A DNA stretch of 64,000 nucleotides, from assembly GCA_022340905.1 (NCBI GenBank), contig JAJDNB010000037.1:2150-66149 (forward strand). Direction: 5' to 3'. Source of the stretch: Deltaproteobacteria bacterium (GTDB lineage: Bacteria > Desulfobacterota > Syntrophobacteria > BM002). The notes beneath the pieces were generated by a model that saw nothing but the letters and a program-made list of their open reading frames with translations, ran no database searches and was not told the origin of the DNA. Positions 9,896-20,019 of the stretch are shown piece after piece. Each line of letters starts with the position of its first letter. Position 1 is the stretch's first letter. A program made the position numbers and the translations under genes.

Positions 9896-10432
9896 CTATT
9901 CCTGCAAATTCTTGCCGAAGGTCTCGATAGCCTCTGGGATCTGTTTGCGTATGAAGGTCTCTTTTTCTAGCTCAGATAGCCTTTTGAATACCTGATATTT
10001 TGGGTGCGATTCGCTAAGCGGTGGAATGAAACTTGTACCCTGCTCTTTCAACTGTGGATATTGTTCGATTAGTTCAACAATGGGCACCTTACTCCCAGCG
10101 CCACTCTCCAACCAGTTGAGTCTTCTCATACATTCGAAGCGAAGCTGATCCAACAAATAGATCGAGATGTCGATGACCTCCATTTTCTCCGCTTTATCCA
10201 GCTGAAAAAAATCAGAGGTAGTACCCAGGTCCTTTATCCCCATAACCAGTTCGTACAAGGCAAAAATGTTCTGATCACCTGGAGAGATGAGAAAGAGTAG
10301 AGCCTTGTCTGACAGGTCGGACAGCCTGGTTTCCTCGTCCAATCTCTCTTTGAAGCGTCTCGACCAGGACCTAAACCCCCTTACCGCAGCCTGTTTACGT
10401 TTAAAAGAATCCAATTGGATAACTTCTGCCAT
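9896..10432 (-). CDS. hypothetical protein
   Basis: 178 aa ORF in the same orientation as neighbours. No family recognised. Confidence 0.4.
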   Translation of the reverse strand: MAEVIQLDSFKRKQAAVRGFRSWSRRFKERLDEETRLSDLSDKALLFLISPGDQNIFALYELVMGIKDLGTTSDFFQLDKAEKMEVIDISIYLLDQLRFECMRRLNWLESGAGSKVPIVELIEQYPQLKEQGTSFIPPLSESHPKYQVFKRLSELEKETFIRKQIPEAIETFGKNLQE

Positions 10433-10716
10433 TGCCTAGAAATGCTCTCTAGCTAAGTGAAATCGTCAGAAATTAAGGCTCCTTTCAATCCTCCCTTCTC
10501 ATGAACAACGAAGCCTTGATCATAGGGCCAACCGGAGTTCTCGTTTCGCAGAAGCTTCTTCGGGTCGATCTGGTCATAGGCTAAACCCTAGATCTCGGAT
10601 GTCAAATAATATTAAGGAGTACGCCTTGACTTGATCGTGATGCAGAATGTAGGAGACTAATGTGTCCTATATAGCATGACTGACAATATACCGCAAGAAA
10701 AACTGAACCGTCATTA

Positions 10717-11505
10717 TCATAATGAGCAGAAGTGGTCCCGGGCCGCATCAAACAACCTCATGAACTCCTCCATATCTTTTTTCGCAATTACTCTCTTTAG
10801 CTCCGAGATTATTCTCTCGAATTCCCGGAAAAATACTCCGTACGTCGAATTGAGCATTGGCATGGCCGCATAGAGGTCTGCATCCTGGTTGAGGAGATGG
10901 CTTATCTCCATCAGTCTCCTGTGGAATGCCGGAGTCGCAAAACGCTGTAGGCTCTTGGGGTCCATACCCAATGAATCTATTGTGAGTGCTAGAACGAGAG
11001 TGGTGAAGTGAGTAAGACCCTGCACCACCGCCATATAAAAGTCATGGACCTCTGGCGCAACCACCTCCACCTGGGCACCACTCTCCAACAAGACGGTGGT
11101 GAGCCAATCCAGCCATTCAGACCCTCGACCCGGACAAAGCACCACGGTTTGTCCAGTGATGTTGGGCTCGCCAGGGCCAAACAGCGGGTGAGTTCCTATC
11201 ACTGAGGATGAGGAAACCTCCAGCATCGTTCTCAGCACCTCGCTCTTGAGCGAGGCAATATCCATGAGTAAAGCATCATTCTTTACCAGATGTCCCATAC
11301 TGCGTACCACTTCTACCGTATGCTGCAAGGGAACCGCCACGAGCACTACATCACACTTTGGCGCCAAGTCTTGTGGCCTTATTTGGGTATCAAGATCAGC
11401 TACTGAGACCCTATACCCTAGCTCATCGAAATACCGATGAAACCAGCGGCCCATCTTACCATGGCCTCCAACAATGCCGATCTCTATGTTTTTTTCATGT
11501 GTCAT
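10717..11505 (-). CDS. tyrA: prephenate dehydrogenase
   Basis: NAD-binding IGIVGGHGKMG and TyrA-like body. The start is moved to the ATG at 11505 (MTHEK...) because the track M at 11532 is a TTG. Confidence 0.8.
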   Translation of the reverse strand: MTHEKNIEIGIVGGHGKMGRWFHRYFDELGYRVSVADLDTQIRPQDLAPKCDVVLVAVPLQHTVEVVRSMGHLVKNDALLMDIASLKSEVLRTMLEVSSSSVIGTHPLFGPGEPNITGQTVVLCPGRGSEWLDWLTTVLLESGAQVEVVAPEVHDFYMAVVQGLTHFTTLVLALTIDSLGMDPKSLQRFATPAFHRRLMEISHLLNQDADLYAAMPMLNSTYGVFFREFERIISELKRVIAKKDMEEFMRLFDAARDHFCSL

Positions 11506-11652
11506 CGATTGGAAGTCGTTCAAATCGTTCAAGTCGTATAAACCGCAAAAATCGTAAAACTATCGTAGAAGCCGTCTATCACAGAGGTCAGAAGTCGGAG
11601 ATCAGAGATCAGCTTTATGCCTGACCTCTGACATCTGATCTCTGACCTCTTG
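11505..11652. repeat. Family C palindromic repeat, copy C2
   Basis: gtcgttcaaatcgttcaagtcg...cgtctatcacagaggtcagaagtcggagatcagagatcag ... ctgacctctgacatctgatctctgacctct. Confidence 0.7.
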
Positions 11653-11688
11653 GTTCTGCTTGTTGTCAGCTGCCTCCTCTTCGCTGCT

Positions 11689-12945
11689 TTAGTGGTACAG
11701 CTGCTCAAAAATTTCCCAGAACTGGGGAAAGGATTTGGTCACACACGTCTCATTATCTATAAACACTCCCTCCGCCACTAACCCAGCGACAGCGAAACTC
11801 ATGGCAATGCGGTGATCATTATGGGAAGCAATCAAGGCTCCTCGGGGATTTCCACCTCTGATAGTCAGACGGTCTTCCTCCTCCTCAACCTGGACATTCA
11901 TTTTCTCTAGTCCTTCTGCGATTGCCCGAAGTCGATCGCTTTCCTTTATTCTCAAGTGGCCGACGTTAGTAATAGCCGTTGTGCCTTGGGCAAAGGCAGC
12001 GGCGACAGCCAGAGTCGGCACCATGTCAGGCATATTCTTCATATCCACCTCAATGGATCGAAGTTCTCCGCCAAATACGGTCACTCCGTGGTCATGCCAC
12101 TCAGCTCGACATCCCATCTGACACAGAATTTCCAGAAAAGCCAAATCTCCTTGCCGGCTGTCAGGAAGGATGTTTTGAGTCATTACCTTTCCCCCGGTGA
12201 TGGCAGCGGCTACCCAAAAATATGAGGCCGATGAGCAGTCTCCCTCCACATCGTAATGGCCCGCCTGGTAGCGTCCAGGTGCTTCCACCCGAAGATTATT
12301 CCCATCCAGCCAATGGGCCTTTGCACCAAATTTGGACATCCCTTCGAGGGTCACATCCACATAAGGCTTGGAAACCAGTCCCTGGACATTGATCTCAGTG
12401 GGCTGAGAAGCATAGGGCGCCACCAAGAGAATGGCAGAGACGAACTGACTCGATCGGCTCGCATTGACTGTGGTACTGCCACCTCTAATGCCGCTGCCCT
12501 GGATGCGTACAGGAGGATAGCCCCTTTCTTGTAGGCTTTCAACCACTCCTCCCAGGGGCTGCAGGGCGACCAGCAGTTCTTCTATGGGGCGCGTGTGTAG
12601 CCGTTCATTTCCGACAAGCACAGACGGTCCCTGGCTCAAACAGGCCACTGCAGTTAATAATCTCATGGAGGTGCCTGCATTTTCCAGATAAATAGGTTCC
12701 GACGGAGAATTTAAAACGCCGCCGGTGCCAATTACTTCTATTGCCTTAGGTGAATGTTTGATCTGTGCACCGAATCTTTCAAGGGCCTTTGCGGTGTAGC
12801 GCGTGTCATCGCACCAAAGTCCGTTGTGCAGCCAACTCCTCCCCTCGGCAAGGGCGGCCATAATGAGGTAGCGATGGGTAACGCTTTTCGAACCTGGAAC
12901 GGTTACATGTGCGTCAAGGGAATCAATGGTTTTTATCTGCTTCAT
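11689..12945 (-). CDS. aroA: 3-phosphoshikimate 1-carboxyvinyltransferase (EPSP synthase)
   Basis: 418 aa with EPSP synthase signatures (LPGSKSVTHR-like GSKSVTHRYL, full length). Confidence 0.9.
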   Translation of the reverse strand: MKQIKTIDSLDAHVTVPGSKSVTHRYLIMAALAEGRSWLHNGLWCDDTRYTAKALERFGAQIKHSPKAIEVIGTGGVLNSPSEPIYLENAGTSMRLLTAVACLSQGPSVLVGNERLHTRPIEELLVALQPLGGVVESLQERGYPPVRIQGSGIRGGSTTVNASRSSQFVSAILLVAPYASQPTEINVQGLVSKPYVDVTLEGMSKFGAKAHWLDGNNLRVEAPGRYQAGHYDVEGDCSSASYFWVAAAITGGKVMTQNILPDSRQGDLAFLEILCQMGCRAEWHDHGVTVFGGELRSIEVDMKNMPDMVPTLAVAAAFAQGTTAITNVGHLRIKESDRLRAIAEGLEKMNVQVEEEEDRLTIRGGNPRGALIASHNDHRIAMSFAVAGLVAEGVFIDNETCVTKSFPQFWEIFEQLYH

Positions 12946-12986
12946 TGAAAGTCACTATTCCACGGGCTCAGTTTCAGAGACGGGGA

Positions 12987-13173
12987 CTAGCCCGGATATC
13001 TCATGAATCACCTGCTCCGACCGCGGATTTGGCCGTCCTTCCTGGCGTCCTTGGGTGTCGGCCCCTGCGACGTACCGTTCAGGTACGCCTCGGGACCTAC
13101 ACCCTGCGGTTGCAAGGTGGCACGCCCATCTTCGCGGTCTCGCGACAGCAATTCATAAAATAACCGGGCTAGG
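12987..13173. mobile_element. Family B MITE-like element, copy B2 (inverted relative to B1)
   Basis: ctagcccggatatctcatgaat ... attcataaaataaccgggctag. Its terminal CTAG provides the TAG stop of aroE (...AEEIP*). Confidence 0.75.
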
Positions 13174-13990
13174 GGATTTCCTCCGCGGTTGCCTCCTCGA
13201 GCGCCTTTCGCATAACTTCAACGGGCGCCACTTTGCCAGTCCAGAGTTCAAACTGGGCAACACCTTGGAAAAGAAGCATATCGAGTCCGGAAACGCATCT
13301 GCATCCAGCCTTCTCAGCATCTTTAAGAAGTCTTGTTTTAAGCGGTCGATATACCATGTCCAAAACCACCATCCCCTCCCGCAGCCAGTGGACTGGAACC
13401 GGACTCTGTTCCTCTGTGGGGGACATGCCCACCGTGGTAGCATTCACCACGAGATCCGTTCTGAGATGATCCCAAGCTTGCCATGGCACAAAAGTGCAGT
13501 TCATCTCAGCTGCGAGCTTCTGTCCACGGGCTTCGTTGCGATTCATGATAAAGACCTGGGTATCATTTCTTTGTAATCCATAAATAGCAGACCGAGCCGC
13601 ACCGCCGGCACCCACAATAAGGCCGCGTTTACCCCTAAGCTCGGTCATCTGTGACAATGGTTGAACAACTCCCAGCCAGTCTGTATTCGTCCCACACAAC
13701 CTACCCGCTCGGGACACGATTGTGTTCACCGCCCCAATAGTGCGCCCTATCTCATCCACCTCGTCCAGATGGGCTATGATTTTTTCTTTGTGAGGAACTG
13801 TAATGCTGGCTCCTCGAAAACCCAAATTTCTCATAGCGGATACAGCTTCCCCCGCTTCATCTACCCGAAAAGCCAGATAAGCGAGATTCAACCCTAGGTG
13901 AGAAAAGGCAGCGTTGTGCATCTGGGGACTCAGGCTGTGGGCAACTGGATTGCCAAAAATAGCCACGTATTCGGTCTGACCGTCGATCAT
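13169..13990 (-). CDS. aroE: shikimate dehydrogenase
   Basis: 273 aa with AroE motifs (GNPVAHSLSP, GAGGAARS NADP site). Confidence 0.85.
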   Translation of the reverse strand: MIDGQTEYVAIFGNPVAHSLSPQMHNAAFSHLGLNLAYLAFRVDEAGEAVSAMRNLGFRGASITVPHKEKIIAHLDEVDEIGRTIGAVNTIVSRAGRLCGTNTDWLGVVQPLSQMTELRGKRGLIVGAGGAARSAIYGLQRNDTQVFIMNRNEARGQKLAAEMNCTFVPWQAWDHLRTDLVVNATTVGMSPTEEQSPVPVHWLREGMVVLDMVYRPLKTRLLKDAEKAGCRCVSGLDMLLFQGVAQFELWTGKVAPVEVMRKALEEATAEEIP

Positions 13991-14655
13991 TGCAACAGCT
14001 CCAAAAGCTGGCGCATTTTTGTCAGAGTGAGCTGTCCGGGAGCAGCCTCAGCACCGCTTTCCAGAGCGGCGTAAGTGAAAGCTCCCCCCATCAACAGGCA
14101 AGCGAGTCTGCTGATGCGACCCAGAGGCCCGAGACAGAAGGCCACCACCTTAATTCCGCGGTTATTACCCCGGTCAATGAGGTTTAACAATGAGATATTA
14201 TCTTCCACCCTTTGAGCCAGAGTCACCACCTTGATCACCCCAGTTCTTAGAATGGCCATTTGGTCAAACAATAATTGGAGATCTTTGTTTGCTGGAGTGT
14301 GCTCAAAATCATGGTAACTGAGAATCACCCGCTCCCGCATAACTGAAAGCTCGTCCGGCAGAGATTCTCCCGGCCGAAACTCCCAGTCTACATATGAGCT
14401 TCCACTCGTCGCAGCCCGAATGATGAGTCCCAGTTGCTCCTGCAGAGTGCCCGAAAAATTGCCCCCTTGCTCTACCGACCGCACCGTGGCAATCACTGGC
14501 AAAGGAGACCGGGGCAAAACGTTCTCCACCTCGGGCTCCCGGGTAACATCCAACCGCCACTCCACCAAATCAGCCCCCTCGTCTCGCGCCCTAATCATTG
14601 CCTCGAGCACTCGATCAGCCGCTTTCACCATCAATGACACGCAGATTTGGCTCAA
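13987..14655 (-). CDS. aroD: 3-dehydroquinate dehydratase, type I
   Basis: 222 aa type I DHQase-like. ATGA overlaps with both neighbours. Confidence 0.8.
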   Translation of the reverse strand: MSQICVSLMVKAADRVLEAMIRARDEGADLVEWRLDVTREPEVENVLPRSPLPVIATVRSVEQGGNFSGTLQEQLGLIIRAATSGSSYVDWEFRPGESLPDELSVMRERVILSYHDFEHTPANKDLQLLFDQMAILRTGVIKVVTLAQRVEDNISLLNLIDRGNNRGIKVVAFCLGPLGRISRLACLLMGGAFTYAALESGAEAAPGQLTLTKMRQLLELLQ

Positions 14656-14984
14656 TTCTTTTTCCCTGAAGGGGATTCACTTTCGCCAGTCACCAGACTT
14701 GACTGAATATCCCGAGAAGCGGCAAGTATTTCGCCGAAAATTTTCTTAACTGCCCCCCAGGCCAGGGGACCTTTGTTCTGGCTCGCCAGCCGCCTAAATA
14801 TTGCTTGTTCCCTGTCGAGGTCCATGGCACCCCTGCCCGACTTGTTTTTCAGCGCAGCGATCTCCTCTACCAAGAGCATACGTTGGTTGAGCAATCGAAG
14901 AATTTGATTGTCCAAATCGTCTATCTCCTGCCGCAAGCGCTGCAGATCAGACTTATCGTCTTTGATCTCATTTATTTTTCCCAA
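14652..14984 (-). CDS. chorismate mutase (AroQ class)
   Basis: The CM helix signature DLQRLRQEIDDLDNQILRLLNQRMLLVEEIAALK is present. A TTG start is proposed, overlapping the upstream stop, with a GGAAGAG RBS. The track ORF start at 15239 lies inside the upstream gene. Confidence 0.6.
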   Translation of the reverse strand: MGKINEIKDDKSDLQRLRQEIDDLDNQILRLLNQRMLLVEEIAALKNKSGRGAMDLDREQAIFRRLASQNKGPLAWGAVKKIFGEILAASRDIQSSLVTGESESPSGKKN

Positions 14985-15964
14985 ATGGTCTCCTCTACTT
15001 TGTGCCCAAAGTGTCGTCCAGCGGACTCCAGAGCCACGAGCACCTCGCTGCCTCTCGCCAACGAAACCACAGAACGAGGTTCGCCATCTGGAGCAGTAAG
15101 TCGGATCGTTTCGGCATTCTGCACTAAGGTGGAAATTTCTCCTCTCTCGGTCTCTGCCGTGACCAGTAACAGAGGCCGCCGCTCTATCTTCATACGGCCG
15201 ACTATAACTTCCTGTGCCCGCCCCTGATGATCTACGCACAGCACCGGATCCCCAGCCAGCAACTCTGAAAGGTAGCGGGTCTTGCCGCCGGGCACCCTAA
15301 TGTAGGCATGAACTGGACCTGCATTTACCCTAAAGGGGCGTGGAGCCACGTAGGGATTTTCCACACTTTCAGCGTGGATGAGAAAGAGCCCTCCGCTGCT
15401 GTTGCCCACGAGCATGCCCTGCCCCTGATCCATGTGGGTGCAGGTATCCACGCAGGCACGATCTCCTAAACCTGCCTGGCGCACCGTAACTATGCGCCCA
15501 GTGCTGAGATGGATCTGCTCTCCTTGCTCGCGAACCACCGCCAGTGTCTTTTTCAGTTCTAAAGGATCAAGAGTCTCAATCAGTATTCCGGCAACCCCCC
15601 GTTCTAAAACGGTGAGAGCACTTCTAGCCTCCTCGCTGTTGGACACCACCGTGAAAATGTTGTCCGCCTGAGCCACCAGATTCTCAAGGGGTATTATGGT
15701 CCAGTCTGTAGTACGCACCACTACCGTGGCGCTCTGGGCCAGCTTAAGGATCTCCTTTTCGTCATCCTGGCTCTCCACTTCGTAGAATACAACTTCTTGG
15801 TCGAGCTTTAGATCACCATCAGGGGCAATGGTAGCTATCCGTCCCAGTTCTTTAACTTTCTCATGGTATCCCTCCGGAACCATGACGGCAGCGGCCCCTC
15901 CCTCAAGAGCAGTTGTCACTAACGACTTGTTCCAGGGATCTACCTTTACCCAAGCTACTTTCAT
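14972..15964 (-). CDS. 3-dehydroquinate synthase II (archaeal-type)
   Basis: 330 aa. Matches DHQ synthase type II family that uses ADH as substrate. Confidence 0.8.
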   Translation of the reverse strand: MKVAWVKVDPWNKSLVTTALEGGAAAVMVPEGYHEKVKELGRIATIAPDGDLKLDQEVVFYEVESQDDEKEILKLAQSATVVVRTTDWTIIPLENLVAQADNIFTVVSNSEEARSALTVLERGVAGILIETLDPLELKKTLAVVREQGEQIHLSTGRIVTVRQAGLGDRACVDTCTHMDQGQGMLVGNSSGGLFLIHAESVENPYVAPRPFRVNAGPVHAYIRVPGGKTRYLSELLAGDPVLCVDHQGRAQEVIVGRMKIERRPLLLVTAETERGEISTLVQNAETIRLTAPDGEPRSVVSLARGSEVLVALESAGRHFGHKVEETIWEK

Positions 15965-16791
15965 TCCGTCGACTCTCTCCTCTCGGATGCCAAAAGGTTG
16001 CTGTTGAGAAAAGCTGAAGCTTCTTCCACTGAAGCATTTTCGTGAACTATCATGCTTATCGCCCCCACCATTCTTGTGGGATCAGTATGTTGGAATACGT
16101 TCCGGCCTATAGATACGCCTTTGCCGCCGGCATCCATAGCGCCCCTCACGACTTGAAGAATCTCTTTGTCCGACTCCATTTTTTCACCGCCGGCGATGAC
16201 TACTGGGACCGGGCACCCAAGCACCACGTCCCGGAAGGACTCCACACTGCCACTGTAAGATATCTTGACCAGATCAGCCCCCAGCTCTGCTCCGAGTCGA
16301 GCAGCGTGCTTCAGTACTTTGGGGTCATACTCATTGGCTATCTTGTCACCACGAGGATAGATCATTGCCAATAGCGGTATTCCCCATTCCCGGGCTCGGC
16401 GAGAAACCAAGCCAAAATCATTGAGCATCTGTCGTTCCCTGTCGTCACCAATATTTACATGAATGGATACCGCATCGGCACCTAATCGCAAAGCCTCTTC
16501 AACCGTGCAAACCATGGTCTTGGTGTTGGGATAGGGCGAAAGGGAAGTACTGGCAGACAGATGAATGATTAGGCCAACGTCCTTGCCGCTCCGGCGATGA
16601 CCTGCGCCAACCATTCCCTTGTGTTCCACAATGGCATTTGCTCCGCCCCTGACAACTTTATCAATGGCATCTCTCAAATCTACGATGCCGTCGATGGGAC
16701 CCGAACTTACTCCGTGATCCATGGGCACAATAACAGTTTTGTTGGTATTCCGGTCAATTATCCTTTCCATCCTAATGTGTTTGCCTATCAT
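15961..16791 (-). CDS. 2-amino-3,7-dideoxy-D-threo-hept-6-ulosonate (ADH) synthase, class I aldolase family
   Basis: DhnA-type fructose-bisphosphate-aldolase-like protein. The ATG at 16791 is preceded by AAGGAG, and the track M at 16797 is a TTG. Confidence 0.75.
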   Translation of the reverse strand: MIGKHIRMERIIDRNTNKTVIVPMDHGVSSGPIDGIVDLRDAIDKVVRGGANAIVEHKGMVGAGHRRSGKDVGLIIHLSASTSLSPYPNTKTMVCTVEEALRLGADAVSIHVNIGDDRERQMLNDFGLVSRRAREWGIPLLAMIYPRGDKIANEYDPKVLKHAARLGAELGADLVKISYSGSVESFRDVVLGCPVPVVIAGGEKMESDKEILQVVRGAMDAGGKGVSIGRNVFQHTDPTRMVGAISMIVHENASVEEASAFLNSNLLASERRESTE

Positions 16792-16974
16792 GCGCAACTC
16801 CTTTTCCCAGCACGGGTAAACCTGCCAATAGGTGTTTTAAAAGTCTATGCGTCTATCTAGGTCAATACAAGGGTAATCCACCACATTTACGGTATACATT
16901 CAATAAACAGACCATTTCTCCCACCATGTCCAAACCAAAGATAAAAAGGAGCAAGTTCATATCGTTGAAATAAA

Positions 16975-17010
16975 AAAGCCGCGGCTCGGGACTGCCGCGG
17001 CTTTCAGAAT
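16975..17010 (-). terminator. strong hairpin plus U-run (minus-strand sense)
   Basis: Minus strand reads gccgcggcagtcccgagccgcggc followed by ttttttatttc. No annotated minus-strand gene lies upstream of it, so it may be a small RNA or a stray terminator. Confidence 0.35.
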
Positions 17011-17342
17011 ATACATAGTAACTATCGGGTCAGCGCACAGCCCCCTCTATCGCCGTTATGGCGTAATAATAGCAAAAAAATGAGTAGGGCTGTGGTTTCA
17101 CTATTCCCCTTTAGCTTTATTTGTCACTGAGTCAAGTACGTTAGACTATACAGCGAGAAAAGTCAAGTTCCTTTTCGCTGTGGTTCTTGACATTTTCCCA
17201 TTCATTATGAGAAGTTAGCCTAGAGATTTTTTGAATGGCCCATTGCGCCCTAAGGCTCTGCCCTTCTAGGCCTGCCCCTCGAGCCAAGGCATGAAGCTTG
17301 CATCCGATTTCCAGCCGGCATATTGGATTGAGGAGAGCTACA

Positions 17343-17816
17343 ATGAGCGAGGACATTGTAAAGAGAGTGATAGCGAGAGTTGAAGAAATGTCACGAGGAG
17401 GTGAAGTATTCGAGGAAAAAGACCTAAAGGAATTCGCCATCACCATTCAACATCTTCTGAGCGAGCGGACCCGCAGAGAGGAAATTCTCGCCATAGCCGC
17501 CGCCGTACTAACCTTAGAAGAATACAAAAAAAGCCTTGAAAATAAAGTGGAGTATGCCAAGCTTGGTGGTCTCAAAGAGAGGGAGGCAACGCTGCTGGAG
17601 ATCTTGGACCAAATTGACAAAGAATTGGAAATGGCCGTTACCATGAAAATCCACGAACACACTTACCGAGAAAATATTGCCGATGAGCTCAAAACGGCAA
17701 TATTGGAGTATCTTGCGCCTACCTTGGGGCGAGGAAAGTGGCATGCCCGTGAACAGGAAGCTTTGATGCAAATTGTATCCAAGGCCTTGGAAGGATACTT
17801 GGTGGTCAAAGCCTAA
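17343..17816 (+). CDS. hypothetical protein (157 aa)
   Basis: ATG preceded by a GGAGAG RBS. It is the only plus-strand gene between the aro and trp operons. No family recognised. Confidence 0.5.
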   Translation: MSEDIVKRVIARVEEMSRGGEVFEEKDLKEFAITIQHLLSERTRREEILAIAAAVLTLEEYKKSLENKVEYAKLGGLKEREATLLEILDQIDKELEMAVTMKIHEHTYRENIADELKTAILEYLAPTLGRGKWHAREQEALMQIVSKALEGYLVVKA

Positions 17817-17861
17817 ATGGCATAAAATTTAGAGGTGTGCCTAAGTACCTTCTTGCCCTCT

Positions 17862-18623
17862 TTATCTCAGTCCACGAAAAAAATCTCCCACTGCCTGGAT
17901 CCCCTGGGCATTAAGTATTCTCAAGGCTTGACTTCCCACTACCGCAATTTCTACTTTACCCCGGAGAAATTGGACGTCTTCTTTCGAGCCAACTCCAAAG
18001 CCGAGAGCCAGCGGCAGCTGAGTTGCTCTTCGACATTGGTCGAGAAATTCAGTCATTTCACTAGAAAAATTAGTACCAGAGCCGGTCACCCCTTTTCGAG
18101 CAACACAGTAAAAAAACCCCCGGCCGAAACGAGCCAAATGGTTTATCCTTTCGGGGGAGGAGGTAGGTGCGAGAATAAATACCGGATCTATGTTGTTTGC
18201 CGCTGCAGCAGCCATATACGACTCCCCCTCCTCAGGGGGTAAGTCGGGGACAATCGTGCCACGAATACCCACCTCTCTGGTCTCAGCGAAAAAACGTTCT
18301 TCCCCTCTTTTGAAAAGAATATTGTAGTAAGTCATGAACAGGAAAGGTATGGAGAAGGCGGAGGTAACTTTTTGGGCGAATGTGAAACAGTCATCAACCC
18401 TAATGGCATCTGCAAGGGCAGCTTGATTCGCCTGAAGGATTACCGGGCCATCGGCAATAGGCTCTGAGAAAGGAATCTGCAGCTCCAGCAGATCTACACC
18501 AGCTTCAACTATTGTTCGCACCAACTCAAAGCTATCTTCAATGCTGGGATAGCCCACCACGATGTGTGCCATGAGCAGAATATCCTTTTCCCGCAGTGTC
18601 TTCCGAATGTAGTCTTCAAGCAC
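17862..18623 (-). CDS. trpA: tryptophan synthase alpha subunit
   Basis: 253 aa TrpA-like. Overlaps the trpB stop. Confidence 0.9.
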   Translation of the reverse strand: MLEDYIRKTLREKDILLMAHIVVGYPSIEDSFELVRTIVEAGVDLLELQIPFSEPIADGPVILQANQAALADAIRVDDCFTFAQKVTSAFSIPFLFMTYYNILFKRGEERFFAETREVGIRGTIVPDLPPEEGESYMAAAAANNIDPVFILAPTSSPERINHLARFGRGFFYCVARKGVTGSGTNFSSEMTEFLDQCRRATQLPLALGFGVGSKEDVQFLRGKVEIAVVGSQALRILNAQGIQAVGDFFRGLR

Positions 18624-19851
18624 GGTATTCCTCCGCTTTCGTCATAATAAAAGATTTCCACGCTGTGTCTCCAAGAGCGTCGGCAATGGTAAAAATATCC
18701 TTGTCCCCTCTTCCTGAGAGGTTGACAATGACCACATCGTCTCGACTCATCTCCCCTGTTTCCCTAAAGGCACCGGCCAAAGCATGAGCTGACTCCAGGG
18801 CGGGGATTATGCCCTCCTTTTTCATTATCAGCCTGGTTGCCTCGAGCACTTCTGCGTCGGTTGCGGCCTCAAAGCGAATCCTACCCTCTTCATGATAGGC
18901 CGACAGGATTGGTGACACCCCTATGTAATCCAGTCCTGCTGCTACACTGTGAGTTTCCAGCATTTGGCCGTCATCGTCCTGTAGAAAATAGGTCTTGTAA
19001 CCTTGGGCCACGCCCACACTACCGCGGCCTGAAGCCAGGCGGGTTGCGTGCTTGTTGCTTTCCAGCCCCTCACCCCCAGCTTCGACACCTACGAGTTCCA
19101 CCTCCGAGTTGTCAATAAAACCGTTAAATATCCCCAGGGCATTGGAACCCCCGCCCACGCAGGCATATACCCGGCTTGGCGACCGACCTGCCTGCTTTAC
19201 TACCTGGTCTCGCACCTCCAACCCCACAATAGTTTGAAAATAGGACACCATTTCTGGGAAGGGATGAGGGCCACAGGCTGTGCCCAAAACATAATGAGTG
19301 GTATCCATGTTTGCGGACCAATCGCGTAGGGCTTCATTTATGGCATCCTTCAGAATTCTGGCTCCGTCTTTGACTGGAACTACTCTGGCACCCAGTTGTT
19401 CCATCCAAAAAACATTTGGCCGCTGGCGCGCCACGTCCACTTCGCCCATATAAATAGTGCACGAATAACCGAATTTGGCGGCCATAGTTGCTGTGGCCAC
19501 ACCGTGTTGGCCAGCGCCGGTTTCCGCAATCACTCGGCTCTTGCCCATTCTGTCCACGATCAGTCCCTGTCCTATGACGTTATTCAGCTTATGGGCGCCT
19601 GTGTGATTGAGATCCTCCCTTTTTAGGTAAATTTGGGGTCCACCGAGATGACGGCTCAAATTCCCAGCGTACGTCAGGGGTGTAGGTCTACACGAATAGG
19701 TCGACATGAGGCTCTGATAGGTTGACCAGAAATGGGGATCCTTTCTGGCCTCCTCAAAGGCAGTCTGTAGTTGTTCAAGGGTAGCACTGAGAATCTCCGG
19801 AATGAATGCACCACCGAAACGTCCATAGTAACCCATTTTTGCCATAATCAC
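18616..19851 (-). CDS. trpB: tryptophan synthase beta subunit
   Basis: 411 aa with PLP-binding region (HTGAHKLNN, GGGSNA). Confidence 0.9.
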   Translation of the reverse strand: MIMAKMGYYGRFGGAFIPEILSATLEQLQTAFEEARKDPHFWSTYQSLMSTYSCRPTPLTYAGNLSRHLGGPQIYLKREDLNHTGAHKLNNVIGQGLIVDRMGKSRVIAETGAGQHGVATATMAAKFGYSCTIYMGEVDVARQRPNVFWMEQLGARVVPVKDGARILKDAINEALRDWSANMDTTHYVLGTACGPHPFPEMVSYFQTIVGLEVRDQVVKQAGRSPSRVYACVGGGSNALGIFNGFIDNSEVELVGVEAGGEGLESNKHATRLASGRGSVGVAQGYKTYFLQDDDGQMLETHSVAAGLDYIGVSPILSAYHEEGRIRFEAATDAEVLEATRLIMKKEGIIPALESAHALAGAFRETGEMSRDDVVIVNLSGRGDKDIFTIADALGDTAWKSFIMTKAEEYRA

Positions 19852-20019
19852 TCCTTAACCTTAGTGGTCGCCGGGATGAATTTTACCCACAGAGAACGTA
19901 ACGGGCACAGAAACATAATGTTTCTATGTCCAAATACTTACCTGCACTACTATCTATAGTACTCTGTGGTCTCTGTGTCCTCTGGAGTTCATTCGTCTTG
20001 TCCCGTAACCCGATAATCT

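Noticed and set aside
14985-15239. N-terminal 85 residues of the track ORF 14652..15239
   Set aside because: They overlap the DHQ synthase II gene in another frame. The chorismate mutase domain begins after that gene's stop, so the start was moved to the TTG at about 14984.
16870-16972. 33-aa ORF MNLLLFIFGLDMVGEMVCLLNVYRKCGGLPLY upstream of the aro operon as a Phe/Tyr attenuator leader
   Set aside because: It has only scattered Phe codons, no tandem regulatory codons, no RBS, and no alternative hairpin pair. It is likely fortuitous.
17141-17446. 101-aa minus-strand ORF
   Set aside because: It overlaps the 5' end and RBS of the plus-strand gene at 17343, is low-complexity, and has no RBS.
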